DNA from: Eubacteriales bacterium
GTDB taxonomy: Bacteria; Bacillota; Clostridia; Oscillospirales; CAG-272
Direction of reading: 5' to 3'
Assembly (NCBI GenBank): GCA_045643765.1
Contig: JAZRFS010000193.1
Coordinates: forward strand, 1-36,049
Length of the DNA: 36,049 nt
Shown: positions 13,222 to 21,434 of the stretch, in pieces
Layout of the letters: the number at the start of each line of letters is the position of its first letter
Numbering within the stretch: position 1 is the first letter of the stretch
Made by a program: the position numbers and the translations under genes
The notes under the pieces: generated by a model
Database searches by the model: none
What the model was told of the DNA's origin: nothing
What the model saw: the letters and a program-made list of their open reading frames with translations, nothing else

Positions 13222-13228
13222 AAACATT

Positions 13229-13256
13229 CACGGCAAGCGCGTTTGCGCTTGCCGTG
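13229..13256 (+). other. Perfect 12-bp intercistronic hairpin between the ATPase and mntP
   Basis: CACGGCAAGCGC-gttt-GCGCTTGCCGTG. It lacks a clear U-tract, so it may be a partial terminator or an mRNA-stability element. Confidence 0.4.
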
Positions 13257-13277
13257 ATATCTTGTAAGAGGTAAATT

Positions 13278-13907
13278 ATGATCACTTTTGAGCTCCTTCT
13301 CACAGCCGCAGGGCTTGGCGCAGGACTTGCTATGGACGCCTTCTCTATGTCCCTGGCAGACGGTCTGCACGAGCCGTCGATGCGACGCCGACGCATTTGC
13401 CTTTTGGCAGGCGTATTCGCCCTTTTCCAGTTTGCCATGCCGATGATCGGCTGGTTCTTCGTTTCCACGGCAGCCAGCTATTTCAGCGTCATTCAGCCCT
13501 TTATTCCCTTCATCGCACTGGCTCTGCTGCTCTATATCGGCGGCAAGATGCTTTGGGAGGGACTGCGCCCCTGCAAATGCGAGGAGGTAGAAACGCCTGA
13601 GGGTGACACCGTTACCGTATGCGAGTGTCCCGTTACCTATCTTAGCTTCGGCGCCCTGATCGTACAGGGCGTTGCCACCTCGATTGATGCACTTTCCGTA
13701 GGCTTCACCATCTCGGATTACAACTGGCTCCAAGCGCTTGTGGCGTGCCTTGTGATCGGTGTGCTGACCTTCGGCATCTGTGCCGCAGGCGTGGTGATCG
13801 GCAAGAAATTCGGCACCAAGCTGGAGCAAAAGGCGTCTGTCTTCGGTGGCGTGATCCTCATTGCCATCGGCATAAAGATCTTTATCGAGGGTGTCATTCT
13901 CGTCTGA
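13278..13907 (+). CDS. mntP: Manganese efflux pump MntP (DUF204 family)
   Basis: GLAMDAFSMSLADG and ATSIDALSVGF are duplicated MntP-type motifs. About 6 TM helices. AAGAGG RBS. Confidence 0.85.
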   Translation: MITFELLLTAAGLGAGLAMDAFSMSLADGLHEPSMRRRRICLLAGVFALFQFAMPMIGWFFVSTAASYFSVIQPFIPFIALALLLYIGGKMLWEGLRPCKCEEVETPEGDTVTVCECPVTYLSFGALIVQGVATSIDALSVGFTISDYNWLQALVACLVIGVLTFGICAAGVVIGKKFGTKLEQKASVFGGVILIAIGIKIFIEGVILV

Positions 13908-13910
13908 TAA

Positions 13911-13944
13911 AAAGAGGCAGCTTTACTGCCTCTTTTTATTTTTC
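13911..13944 (+). terminator. Intrinsic terminator
   Basis: AAGAGGCAG-cttta-CTGCCTCTT followed by TTTATTTTT. Confidence 0.8.
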
Positions 13945-13946
13945 AC

Positions 13947-13975
13947 TTGCAAATATACGCAATAAATATTATAAT
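13947..13975 (+). promoter_or_regulatory. Promoter of the SDR gene
   Basis: TTGCAA, a 17-nt spacer and TATAAT. Confidence 0.6.
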
Positions 13976-14001
13976 AGAATTATCGGAAATGAGGTGACAA
14001 A

Positions 14002-14880
14002 ATGGCGGTTAAAAAATGGCTTTTGAAAAACACTTCTTCGCTAAAGGACAAAACGGTAGCGATCACAGGCTCGACAGGAGCTCTGGGGCGCGCACTTTGT
14101 CACTATCTTGCGCAGCTTGGCGCATCGCTGATCCTGGTGGATCGCAATCCCGTGCGCTCGGCGGCGTTTCGCGACGAGCTGCTTTCACAGTTCCCTGCCA
14201 TCACGGTAAGCTGCATCACCGCGGATCTGGAAAGTATAGAGAGCGTGAAAAAGGCTGCTGACGACCTCTGCACGCGCCAAATTCACATATTTATTCACAA
14301 TGCGGGTGCCTACGCCATTCCCCGCCACAAATGCGATACGGGGCTTGACAACGTCTTTCAGATCAACTTTGTTTCCCCTTACTATCTCATCCGCCGATTG
14401 ATGCCGCATCTGCGCACGCGACAGGGGCGTGTGGTGATCGTCAGCAGCATCGCGCACAATTACGCGAAATCCGATCCCGAGGACGTGGATTTTTCCGCGA
14501 AAAAACGTGCGTCGCTTGTTTACGGCAACGCCAAGCGCTATCTCACCTATGCCCTCGCCGAGCTTTTCAAGGATGAACGGGACGTTTCTCTTTCCATCAC
14601 GCACCCCGGCATCAGCTTTACAGGCATTACATCGCACTATCCAAAGCCGATCTACGCCCTGATCAAATACCCGATGAAGCTGATCTTTATGAAGCCGAAA
14701 AAGGCCTGCCTTTCAACCTTGCGCGGGGTGTTTACCTGCACCGAGGACGGTCAGTGGCTGGAGCCGCGCCTTTTCGGGATCTGGGGCTTACCGAAAAAGC
14801 ACCCCTTGCGCACGGCAACCGACGAAGAGCGCGCACGCATCGCACAAACAGCAGAGCTGATCTTAGACAATATAAAATAA
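14002..14880 (+). CDS. SDR-family (short-chain dehydrogenase/reductase) oxidoreductase
   Basis: TGSTGALG matches the TGxxxGxG NAD(P)-binding motif, NAG motif in HNAGA, catalytic YGNAK (YxxxK). Confidence 0.85.
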   Translation: MAVKKWLLKNTSSLKDKTVAITGSTGALGRALCHYLAQLGASLILVDRNPVRSAAFRDELLSQFPAITVSCITADLESIESVKKAADDLCTRQIHIFIHNAGAYAIPRHKCDTGLDNVFQINFVSPYYLIRRLMPHLRTRQGRVVIVSSIAHNYAKSDPEDVDFSAKKRASLVYGNAKRYLTYALAELFKDERDVSLSITHPGISFTGITSHYPKPIYALIKYPMKLIFMKPKKACLSTLRGVFTCTEDGQWLEPRLFGIWGLPKKHPLRTATDEERARIAQTAELILDNIK

Positions 14881-14912
14881 AACAAGGGGGATCAATGATC
14901 CCCCTTGTTTTA
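14878..14912. terminator. Bidirectional hairpin terminator between convergent genes
   Basis: AACAAGGGGGATC-aat-GATCCCCCTTGTT, flanked by A-rich sequence on one side and T-rich sequence on the other. Confidence 0.75.
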
Positions 14913-15122
14913 TTCCTCGTAAATCAAAATGTCGCAAAGATCGTCGATGCGTGCCATACGCGACATTCTTTCCCCCGCCTCGTCCACAAAGGTCACACGA
15001 AGCCATTCCTCGTCCGCCCCCGTCACACGGCAGGGCAGCTCGGGACTGCCGGAAAGATACTCGTCGCTGTCTGTTCGCACCAGGCACTTGTGTCCGACCA
15101 GATCGCTGAGCAAATAAGACAT
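14910..15122 (-). CDS. Small hypothetical protein (70 aa from the RBS-supported ATG)
   Basis: A GGGGGG RBS precedes ATG 15122. Sequence begins MSYLLSDLVGHKCLVRTDSDEYL... No domain recognised. Confidence 0.5.
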   Translation of the reverse strand: MSYLLSDLVGHKCLVRTDSDEYLSGSPELPCRVTGADEEWLRVTFVDEAGERMSRMARIDDLCDILIYEE

Positions 15123-15187
15123 ATTGTTCCCCCCTTCCAAATTGCTTGATACCAGTTTTTGCATTTCAGGGGGATTTTATGCAAAAA

Positions 15188-15358
15188 TCATTCCGATTGC
15201 TGCATTTCCTCTTTTTGTTTTTCAAGCTCTTCTTTTTGTCTTTCCAGCTCGTTCCATTCGAGCAAGCGGCCAAAGCCTACGACCAGAGCCGTGCAAAACA
15301 GCAGCACGATCAGAATTCGGATGATCCATTGCAGTGGCGTGATCCTCTTTTTTGACAT
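15188..15358 (-). CDS. Short DivIC/FtsB-like septum-formation-initiator protein (56 aa; not in the ORF track because it is under 60 aa)
   Basis: My translation is MSKKRITPLQWIIRILIVLLFCTALVVGFGRLLEWNELERQKEELEKQKEEMQQSE, one TM helix followed by a coiled-coil heptad region. AGGAAG RBS 8 nt upstream. It sits downstream of yabP-yabQ, where divIC lies in Bacillus. Confidence 0.45.
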   Translation of the reverse strand: MSKKRITPLQWIIRILIVLLFCTALVVGFGRLLEWNELERQKEELEKQKEEMQQSE

Positions 15359-15977
15359 AATACGTCTTCCTTTCTTGAACGATCAGCCCACGCGATGCGA
15401 GGGCAAGCTGTGCGCGGCACAGGCGTTCGGACACCTGCTTGCGCCGTCTTTGACAGAGCGCTTGTACGCCCTTCTTTATAGGACAAAGCAAAAAGCGCAT
15501 CGCGAGCGATGCCACCTTACGCACGGGAAAGAAAGCCCCCGCGCGCGCATAAAAAAGCAGCACCGAAAGTCCGTAGGCGAAAAGCTCGTTCATCCGTGCG
15601 AACAAGCGAGCTGTTCCCACACGAAAAAATGCTAATCCAAGTAAAAAGAGCACGGGAACGGAAATGCGCCACGCACCCTCGTTATAGTCATACAGCAAAA
15701 GCAGCAATGCACACGTACAGCTAAGACAAAAAAAGAGGTCGCCACCAAAAGCCACTGCAAAGCACCAGCCCCTGCGCGCGCGGTGTCTGGGAAAGCCCAC
15801 AGGACGGCGCAAAAGCGGCAAGGGGCGCTCGTAGAGCGCACGCATACGCTCCGGCGGTAAGTATGCCCCAAGCACGGTGCGCAGCGCCAATAAAAGCTGA
15901 CGGAACAGCCCCGCACCAAGCCCCAGCGCAAAAACCGCCAGGAACATTTCGGCTTGTGTGGGCGGATAGATTTCCAT
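15222..15977 (-). CDS. yabQ: Spore cortex biosynthesis protein YabQ-like membrane protein
   Basis: Multi-TM protein immediately downstream of yabP, with an ATGA start/stop overlap at 15977. The last ~45 codons overlap the divIC-like ORF in another frame. Confidence 0.6.
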   Translation of the reverse strand: MEIYPPTQAEMFLAVFALGLGAGLFRQLLLALRTVLGAYLPPERMRALYERPLPLLRRPVGFPRHRARRGWCFAVAFGGDLFFCLSCTCALLLLLYDYNEGAWRISVPVLFLLGLAFFRVGTARLFARMNELFAYGLSVLLFYARAGAFFPVRKVASLAMRFLLCPIKKGVQALCQRRRKQVSERLCRAQLALASRGLIVQERKTYYVKKEDHATAMDHPNSDRAAVLHGSGRRLWPLARMERAGKTKRRA

Positions 15978-16258
15978 CAGCCGAAAAGCCTTGCCCGCAG
16001 ACCGCGCTTGGCGGGAGTGGTATCACTGTAACAGACAGCACAAATGCGCCCCGTGATTTCGACCTCTCCCTTAACAATATCCAGCGTGCCCACGTGCAGC
16101 TCCTCACCCTCTACGGTCATTTCCCCGCAATCGGTTTTCAGGATCACACAATGCTCGTCAAAGCTATCCACCTGCGTCACGCCCGCGATGCTTGCCTGCG
16201 TGCGCGCGAGAAGGGATAGGGTGTGCTTTTTGCTTTCCTGTAATGCTTTGTCCGCCAT
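15977..16258 (-). CDS. yabP: Sporulation protein YabP
   Basis: LSLLARTQASIAGVTQVDSFDEHCVILKTDCGEMTVEGEELHVGTLDIVKGEVEITGRI matches the YabP family pattern. Confidence 0.8.
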   Translation of the reverse strand: MADKALQESKKHTLSLLARTQASIAGVTQVDSFDEHCVILKTDCGEMTVEGEELHVGTLDIVKGEVEITGRICAVCYSDTTPAKRGLRARLFG

Positions 16259-16307
16259 ACTCTGCCCCCTTGCGTTTTTGCTACACTATATGCAAGGGGG
16301 ATGGATT

Positions 16308-16550
16308 TTATTCGATGACCTCGTAAAGCGCGGCGGCGTCTGCCTTACCCACGATTTCCTTAACCGAAAGCACACGCACCTTGAGAGTGCGTCCACCAAA
16401 TCCAACCTCAATGATATCGTTTTCCTTTACGTCGTAGGACGCCTTTGCGGGGCGACCGTTGACGGTGATACGGGAGGCGTCACACGCCTCGTTTGCGACG
16501 GTGCGGCGCTTGATGATACGGGAAACCTTCAAATACTTATCTAATCTCAT
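16308..16550 (-). CDS. S4-domain RNA-binding protein (YabO/Hsp15-like)
   Basis: [36 protein letters not shown] is a canonical S4 motif. Confidence 0.85.
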   Translation of the reverse strand: MRLDKYLKVSRIIKRRTVANEACDASRITVNGRPAKASYDVKENDIIEVGFGGRTLKVRVLSVKEIVGKADAAALYEVIE

Positions 16551-16560
16551 TTTTTACTCC

Positions 16561-16592
16561 AAAAAAACGGCGGGGTCAAAACCCCGCGGCGT
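16561..16592 (-). terminator. Intrinsic terminator after hup
   Basis: Minus strand reads ACGCCGCGGGG-ttttga-CCCCGCCGT followed by TTTTTTT. Confidence 0.8.
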
Positions 16593-16602
16593 TTTGTTTT
16601 TC

Positions 16603-16875
16603 TTACTGAATGGCGTCCTTCAGGGCCTTGCCTGCTACGAATGCAGGAGCCTTGCTGGCAGCGATCTCAATTGTCTCGCCGGTCTGGGGGTTCTTGCCGG
16701 TACGGGCAGCGCGTGCCTTCACAACAAAGTTACCAAAGCCGACAAGGGAAACCTTCTCACCAGCCTTGAGGGCGTCGGTGATGGAGTCGATAACGGCAGC
16801 AAGTGCTACCTCTGCGTCCTTCTTAGAAAGACCGCTCTTCGCTGCAACGGCCTGGATCAGTTCTGCTTTGTTCAT
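16603..16875 (-). CDS. hup: DNA-binding protein HU
   Basis: [67 protein letters not shown] is a textbook HU sequence. Confidence 0.95.
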   Translation of the reverse strand: MNKAELIQAVAAKSGLSKKDAEVALAAVIDSITDALKAGEKVSLVGFGNFVVKARAARTGKNPQTGETIEIAASKAPAFVAGKALKDAIQ

Positions 16876-16940
16876 AGGATTATACTTCCTTTCGTGATTT
16901 TATACGATAGGAAACGGGTTAATTTCCCTTCGTTGGTTAC

Positions 16941-16969
16941 ATTTTAACATATTGTTCGCAAAAAATCAA
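16941..16969 (-). promoter_or_regulatory. Promoter of hup
   Basis: Minus strand reads TTGATT, a 17-nt spacer and TAAAAT with an extended TGn. Confidence 0.5.
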
Positions 16970-17000
16970 TAGTTTTTTGGAGTTTTTTTGCGCCTTTCAC

Positions 17001-17816
17001 TCACTTTTTGATGATTTTTTTGCATTTTTGCCAAAAAACATCCAATTCCTCGTCGGAAAGCTCCTCAAAGTGCTTGCCGTCTGCATTTACGGCCTCTTCG
17101 ACGGCAGCAAAACGCGCAATAAATTTGTCGGTCGCGGCGGTGAGCGCCAGCTCGGCATTGACGTGCAGCTTTCTTGCAAGGCTCACGACCGTAAGCAGCA
17201 GATCTCCCATCTCCTCGGTAATCTGCGCCTCATCCCCCGTTACCATTGCGGCACGCACCTCGGCAAGCTCCTCCTCCACCTTTTTGGCAACGCTTTCGGC
17301 ATCCGGAAAGTCCAGCACCGACGCCTTTTTGCCCACCTTCTGAGCGCGCATCAACGCAGGAAACTGGCGCGGAATGGCGGTGAGCTTATCCGTGACGCTC
17401 TCGCGCTTCTTTTCCTCGCTTTTGATCACTTCCCAGTTGGATAGCACCTCGGCGCTGGTTTGTACCTTCACGTCACCAAAGACGTGAGGGTGACGGTGGA
17501 TCATCTTCTGACAAATGTCGTTTGCGATATCGTCAAAGGTACATCTGCCCTCCTCGCGCTCCATTTCGGCGTGCATCGCGACCTGCAACAGCACGTCGCC
17601 CAGCTCCTCACGCAAAAGAGCGGGATCCTTCTTGTCGATTGCCTCGATCACCTCGTAGGTCTCCTCGATAAAATCGGTGCGGATGCTCTCGTGCGTCTGC
17701 TCGCGATCCCACGGGCAACCGCCCGGGGCACGCAGGATCTCTACTATCTTGGCAAGATCCCTTGCATCGTATGCATTTTTTTGCAGAATTTCCTTGATTT
17801 TTTCCTTCGTATCCAT
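17001..17816 (-). CDS. mazG: Nucleoside triphosphate pyrophosphohydrolase MazG (YabN-like)
   Basis: CPWDREQTHESIRTDFIEETYEVIEAI and EELGDVLLQV are tandem MazG EExxE/D motifs. Confidence 0.9.
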   Translation of the reverse strand: MDTKEKIKEILQKNAYDARDLAKIVEILRAPGGCPWDREQTHESIRTDFIEETYEVIEAIDKKDPALLREELGDVLLQVAMHAEMEREEGRCTFDDIANDICQKMIHRHPHVFGDVKVQTSAEVLSNWEVIKSEEKKRESVTDKLTAIPRQFPALMRAQKVGKKASVLDFPDAESVAKKVEEELAEVRAAMVTGDEAQITEEMGDLLLTVVSLARKLHVNAELALTAATDKFIARFAAVEEAVNADGKHFEELSDEELDVFWQKCKKIIKK

Positions 17817-17827
17817 TTGTACAACCT

Positions 17828-19450
17828 CTATTTCAACAATTTACATTTTTCCAAGCAAGTACAGATCTTATCCCCTGCGGGAAGTGTAAGAAGATCGTTT
17901 TTTTCCACCGCACCGAACAGCAGCGCAAAAAACAGCACCACAGCGCCCACCGCAAAAAATACGGGAAGCATCACCCAAGCGCCTTCCCCCGCGTACAAGG
18001 ACAGCACGCGATAAAGCCCTATGCCAAGCAGCATAGCGGGCAACGTGGCAAAAAGCGGACGGAACAAGTCGCGCGGCACAATGACCGGAAACGGCAACAC
18101 GCGGGAAAGTGCGATCCACTCGATCAAAAGCACCGTAAGCGTACAGCAAAGCGTGCTGATCGGTGCACCGTGCAGATACACCCCCGGCAGCTCCAGCAAT
18201 ATGCTCTCACAAAGTAACTTGACGGTGGCGCCCACACCCGTTGCCAGTACAGGCAAAAGCGTATGTCCCGTGGCTTGCAGAGCGCCCCCGAGCACCGCGA
18301 TCAAGACGGCGGGCAGCACCGAAAGCGCCAGCACCGATAAAAGCGGCGCTGCCACAAGGATGGCTTGATCCTGCCCCGCAAAAATCAGCGACAGCAAGGG
18401 CTTTGCAAACACGCAAAGACCAAGCGAGGCGGGGATGCCCGCAAGTGTGCTGATCCGTATGGCACTCGAGAGCGCGGCGCGCGCCCCATCTGTATCCTTC
18501 CCCGTCACCGCGCCACCAAGCAAAGGCATCAACGCCAGGGTCACGGGTGCGAGCAGGGCGGGTACCAGATTATACAGCGGAATGGCAAGATTACCGTAGC
18601 TGCTGTACATCGCGTTGGCGACCTCGGCGGGAAAGCCTGCGTGCTGCAAGCGCGCGGAAATCAACACGGTATCAAGCAAGCTGACCGCACTCATCACACA
18701 GGCACCCAAGGTGATGGGAAAGCCCACGCGTAAAAGCTCGGAAAGCACAAGGCGGCGCGGGGGTAGTGTTCCCACGCGCGTTTTTCGCTCTTTAAACAGC
18801 GACAAGCAAAGCGGCACGACCAGTGACAGTGCCGAGAGCGCCATCCCCGCCGTGATGCCGAATACGGCGTATGCGGCAACGATAGATGCCGCATATCCCA
18901 GGTGCTTTGCCCACAAGGCAAATCCAAGCCCGAAGCAGAGCTTTCCCGCCGCCTCCAGTACCTCGCAAAGGGCAGTGGGTCCCATACGGCTGTGCCCTTG
19001 GAAATACCCCTTCCCCGCCCCGATAAAGGCAGCCAGAGCAAGCGAGGGCGCAATCGCCGCAAGCGCCGCTGAGGCGTCCTTCATAGAAAGCCTTTCGGCA
19101 AGTGGCGCGGCGGCGAGAAAAAGATACGTGCTGCCCGCAAGCCCCAGCGAAAGAAACAATACCAATGCCACGCGGAAAATCCGTCCCGTGGCACGCATCT
19201 CCCCGCGCGCAAGCGCACGGGAAATCTGCAACGAAAGCGCCGTGGGCAAGCCCGTAGCAGACAAAACGAACAACAGCGAATACACGTGATAGGCGGCAAG
19301 GAAATACGCCATGCCCTCCACGCCCACGATGAACAAAAGCGGGATTTTGTAGAACATCCCGACGACCTTTGAAAACAGGGCGGCCGGCATCAAGACCAGC
19401 ACGCCCCGTAACAGCTTTTTTTGCCCGGGAGCAGCCGCTTCGCGCGACAA
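17828..19450 (-). CDS. MOP-superfamily polysaccharide biosynthesis/flippase protein (SpoVB/YabM/MurJ-like)
   Basis: 540 aa with ~14 TM helices. The N-terminus LLRGVLVLMPAALFSKVVGMFYKIPLL is typical. TTG start with an AAGGGGTG RBS. Its position next to mazG matches yabM in Bacillus. Confidence 0.8.
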   Translation of the reverse strand: MSREAAAPGQKKLLRGVLVLMPAALFSKVVGMFYKIPLLFIVGVEGMAYFLAAYHVYSLLFVLSATGLPTALSLQISRALARGEMRATGRIFRVALVLFLSLGLAGSTYLFLAAAPLAERLSMKDASAALAAIAPSLALAAFIGAGKGYFQGHSRMGPTALCEVLEAAGKLCFGLGFALWAKHLGYAASIVAAYAVFGITAGMALSALSLVVPLCLSLFKERKTRVGTLPPRRLVLSELLRVGFPITLGACVMSAVSLLDTVLISARLQHAGFPAEVANAMYSSYGNLAIPLYNLVPALLAPVTLALMPLLGGAVTGKDTDGARAALSSAIRISTLAGIPASLGLCVFAKPLLSLIFAGQDQAILVAAPLLSVLALSVLPAVLIAVLGGALQATGHTLLPVLATGVGATVKLLCESILLELPGVYLHGAPISTLCCTLTVLLIEWIALSRVLPFPVIVPRDLFRPLFATLPAMLLGIGLYRVLSLYAGEGAWVMLPVFFAVGAVVLFFALLFGAVEKNDLLTLPAGDKICTCLEKCKLLK

Positions 19451-19476
19451 ATCGCATCACCCCTTATCAGGGGAGA

Positions 19477-20964
19477 TTACAGATCACGCTCCCCGTAAAA
19501 TTGTGCGATCTCCTCGGCCTGTGATACGCCCCCGTCCGACTCCAGATACTCGTAAGGATATTTGGGGTTGAACAGACGCTTGATAAAGGACTTTTCCCCG
19601 CTTTGCGGTGCGGCATAATCCACCAGCTTGGTGACAGCACCCGCGCCTGCGGCAAAGATCGAGTGCACCTCCTCCATCATATAGATGTTGTAAAGGCACT
19701 CCTTCCCTTCCTTGGCAAAGCCCACGTTTTCATAGTTGCCCACCATATTCTTCTGGCGGTACATATAGTAGGGTGCATATCCCGCCGCCGCGGCGGTGAT
19801 CTGCGAGTAGTCCACGCACTTGCCGGCGTCACCGCCGCGCAGATTATAAACGCGCTTGCCCTCTCGCAGGATCTCTGCGGATTTTTTCACGCAGAAGGTA
19901 TGCACCGTGATGTTCTCCGGCGCAAGGCGCAGGATCTCATCATAGCTTTCACAGAAGTTTTCGTAGGTATCACCCGGCAGACCGACAATGAGATCGGTAT
20001 TGATACAATCTATGCCTGCCTCGCGTGCAATATTATAGGAGCGGCGGAAATCCTCCGCAGAATGGCATCTGCCCACGCCCTTTAACACCTCGTCGCACAG
20101 GGTTTGCGGATTGACGCACACGCGCGTGACGCCGTATTTCTTGGCGATCTCCATCTTCCTCTTCGTGATGGTATCGGGACGTCCCGACTCCAGCGTATAT
20201 TCCTGCAACACCGTCACGTCTGTGCACTCTGCCACCGTAGAAAGCAGCGTTTCCAGCTGCTCCTCGGTAAGAATGGTGGGCGTACCGCCGCCGATATAGA
20301 CAGTCAGCACGCGCAATCCCAGCTCCTTGATAGTGGCAAACTTTTGTCTGACCTCACGGCAAAGCAAAGTCAGATAGTCGGGGATCAGCGACAGCAATCG
20401 CTTGGATGTATAAGATACGAACGAGCAGTAGGTGCAGCGCGTGGGACAGAACGGGATCGAGATATACACACTGCAATCCTTCTTGTCGGGCGTACCGATG
20501 ATCTTTTGTTCGCGGATCGCCACGTCGGTGGCAAGTGCTGCCTTTTTGGTCAGCACCTGATACTGCGAGGCAAGCTTTTTGCGCACCTGCGTTTTGCTCA
20601 TACCCTTGAGCAGCATCTCGGTTGCGACCTTGGAGGGGCGCACACCTGTCAGCATACCCCAGGACGGACGGTAATGCATCATCTCGCCCGCCGAGGAAAG
20701 CACGGCGTGCCCCACGGCGATTTTACGCGTACGGTCTGCGGTATTCTCTTCGTCAAAGGCATAGATCTTCGTGGCGTTCGTTTCCTTGCCGCGGTATTGC
20801 AGGCGCGCGGTGGCGCTGACCTCGGTTTCGGTCTCGGTCACGTCCATCCACATCACGGGCGCGCCCGGCTCTTCCTCGCCGGAAAACTTTTCGCCGGGGA
20901 AAAATATCATACACAACGTCTGCACGTAATACTCGTTGACGTTGCCAGTTACATAGAGCTTCAT
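19477..20964 (-). CDS. hemZ: HemN-family radical SAM protein, HemZ-like (coproporphyrinogen dehydrogenase-like)
   Basis: ISIPFCPTRCTYCSF is the CX3CX2C motif. GGGTPT motif present. About 495 aa with the characteristic extra N-terminal domain. Confidence 0.75.
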   Translation of the reverse strand: MKLYVTGNVNEYYVQTLCMIFFPGEKFSGEEEPGAPVMWMDVTETETEVSATARLQYRGKETNATKIYAFDEENTADRTRKIAVGHAVLSSAGEMMHYRPSWGMLTGVRPSKVATEMLLKGMSKTQVRKKLASQYQVLTKKAALATDVAIREQKIIGTPDKKDCSVYISIPFCPTRCTYCSFVSYTSKRLLSLIPDYLTLLCREVRQKFATIKELGLRVLTVYIGGGTPTILTEEQLETLLSTVAECTDVTVLQEYTLESGRPDTITKRKMEIAKKYGVTRVCVNPQTLCDEVLKGVGRCHSAEDFRRSYNIAREAGIDCINTDLIVGLPGDTYENFCESYDEILRLAPENITVHTFCVKKSAEILREGKRVYNLRGGDAGKCVDYSQITAAAAGYAPYYMYRQKNMVGNYENVGFAKEGKECLYNIYMMEEVHSIFAAGAGAVTKLVDYAAPQSGEKSFIKRLFNPKYPYEYLESDGGVSQAEEIAQFYGERDL

Positions 20965-20966
20965 TT

Positions 20967-21434
20967 TCAGCTCTCCTTCTTCGATTGTTTTAACACATCG
21001 GTATTCATCACAATGGTGATGGGACCGTCACCCGTAAGCCCCACCTGCATCTCGGCACCGAACTCACCCGTCTGCACAAGCGAAAGCTCGCGACGCAAAA
21101 GATCGGTAAAATACCCGTAAAGCTCGTTGGCGCGAGCAGACGCGGCAGCCCCCATAAAATCGGGGCGGTTGCCGCGGCGATAGTTAGCAAGCAGGGTGAA
21201 ATTCGATACAACGAGCGCGCCGCCGCCGATGTCGGTGACGCTGCGGTTCATCTTACCCTGCTCGTCCTCAAAAATGCGGCACTTCAGGATCTTTGCGGCA
21301 AGCATCTCGGCTTCCCTTTCCGTATCCCCTTCGGCAACACCGAGGAGAATGAGGAGCCCCTTGCCGATCTCGCCGACCACGCGCCCTTCCACCTCAACCG
21401 CGGCGCGCGAAGCGCGTTGCAAGACGGCGATCAC
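20967..21434 (-). CDS. dtd: D-aminoacyl-tRNA deacylase
   Basis: MIAVLQRASRAAVEVEGRVVGEIGKGLLILLGV...SNFTL...GNRP are canonical Dtd motifs. Confidence 0.92.
   Translation of the reverse strand: MIAVLQRASRAAVEVEGRVVGEIGKGLLILLGVAEGDTEREAEMLAAKILKCRIFEDEQGKMNRSVTDIGGGALVVSNFTLLANYRRGNRPDFMGAAASARANELYGYFTDLLRRELSLVQTGEFGAEMQVGLTGDGPITIVMNTDVLKQSKKES

Noticed and set aside
10537-13227. Very long antisense ORFs opposite core genes: 896 aa opposite the ATPase, and also 21494-23320 opposite relA, 23595-25886 opposite recJ, 32858-34321, 20104-21120, 30699-31571, 8427-9071 and 9090-9935
   Set aside because: For the ATPase, relA and recJ antisense ORFs I checked the register: each is in the codon-aligned antisense frame, where a stop requires a sense TTA, CTA or TCA codon. 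Their openness therefore just reflects strong GC3 codon bias; I assume the same explanation for the others listed. Their products are Arg/Gly/His/Leu/Val-rich with no motifs. The opposite strand encodes unmistakable conserved proteins.
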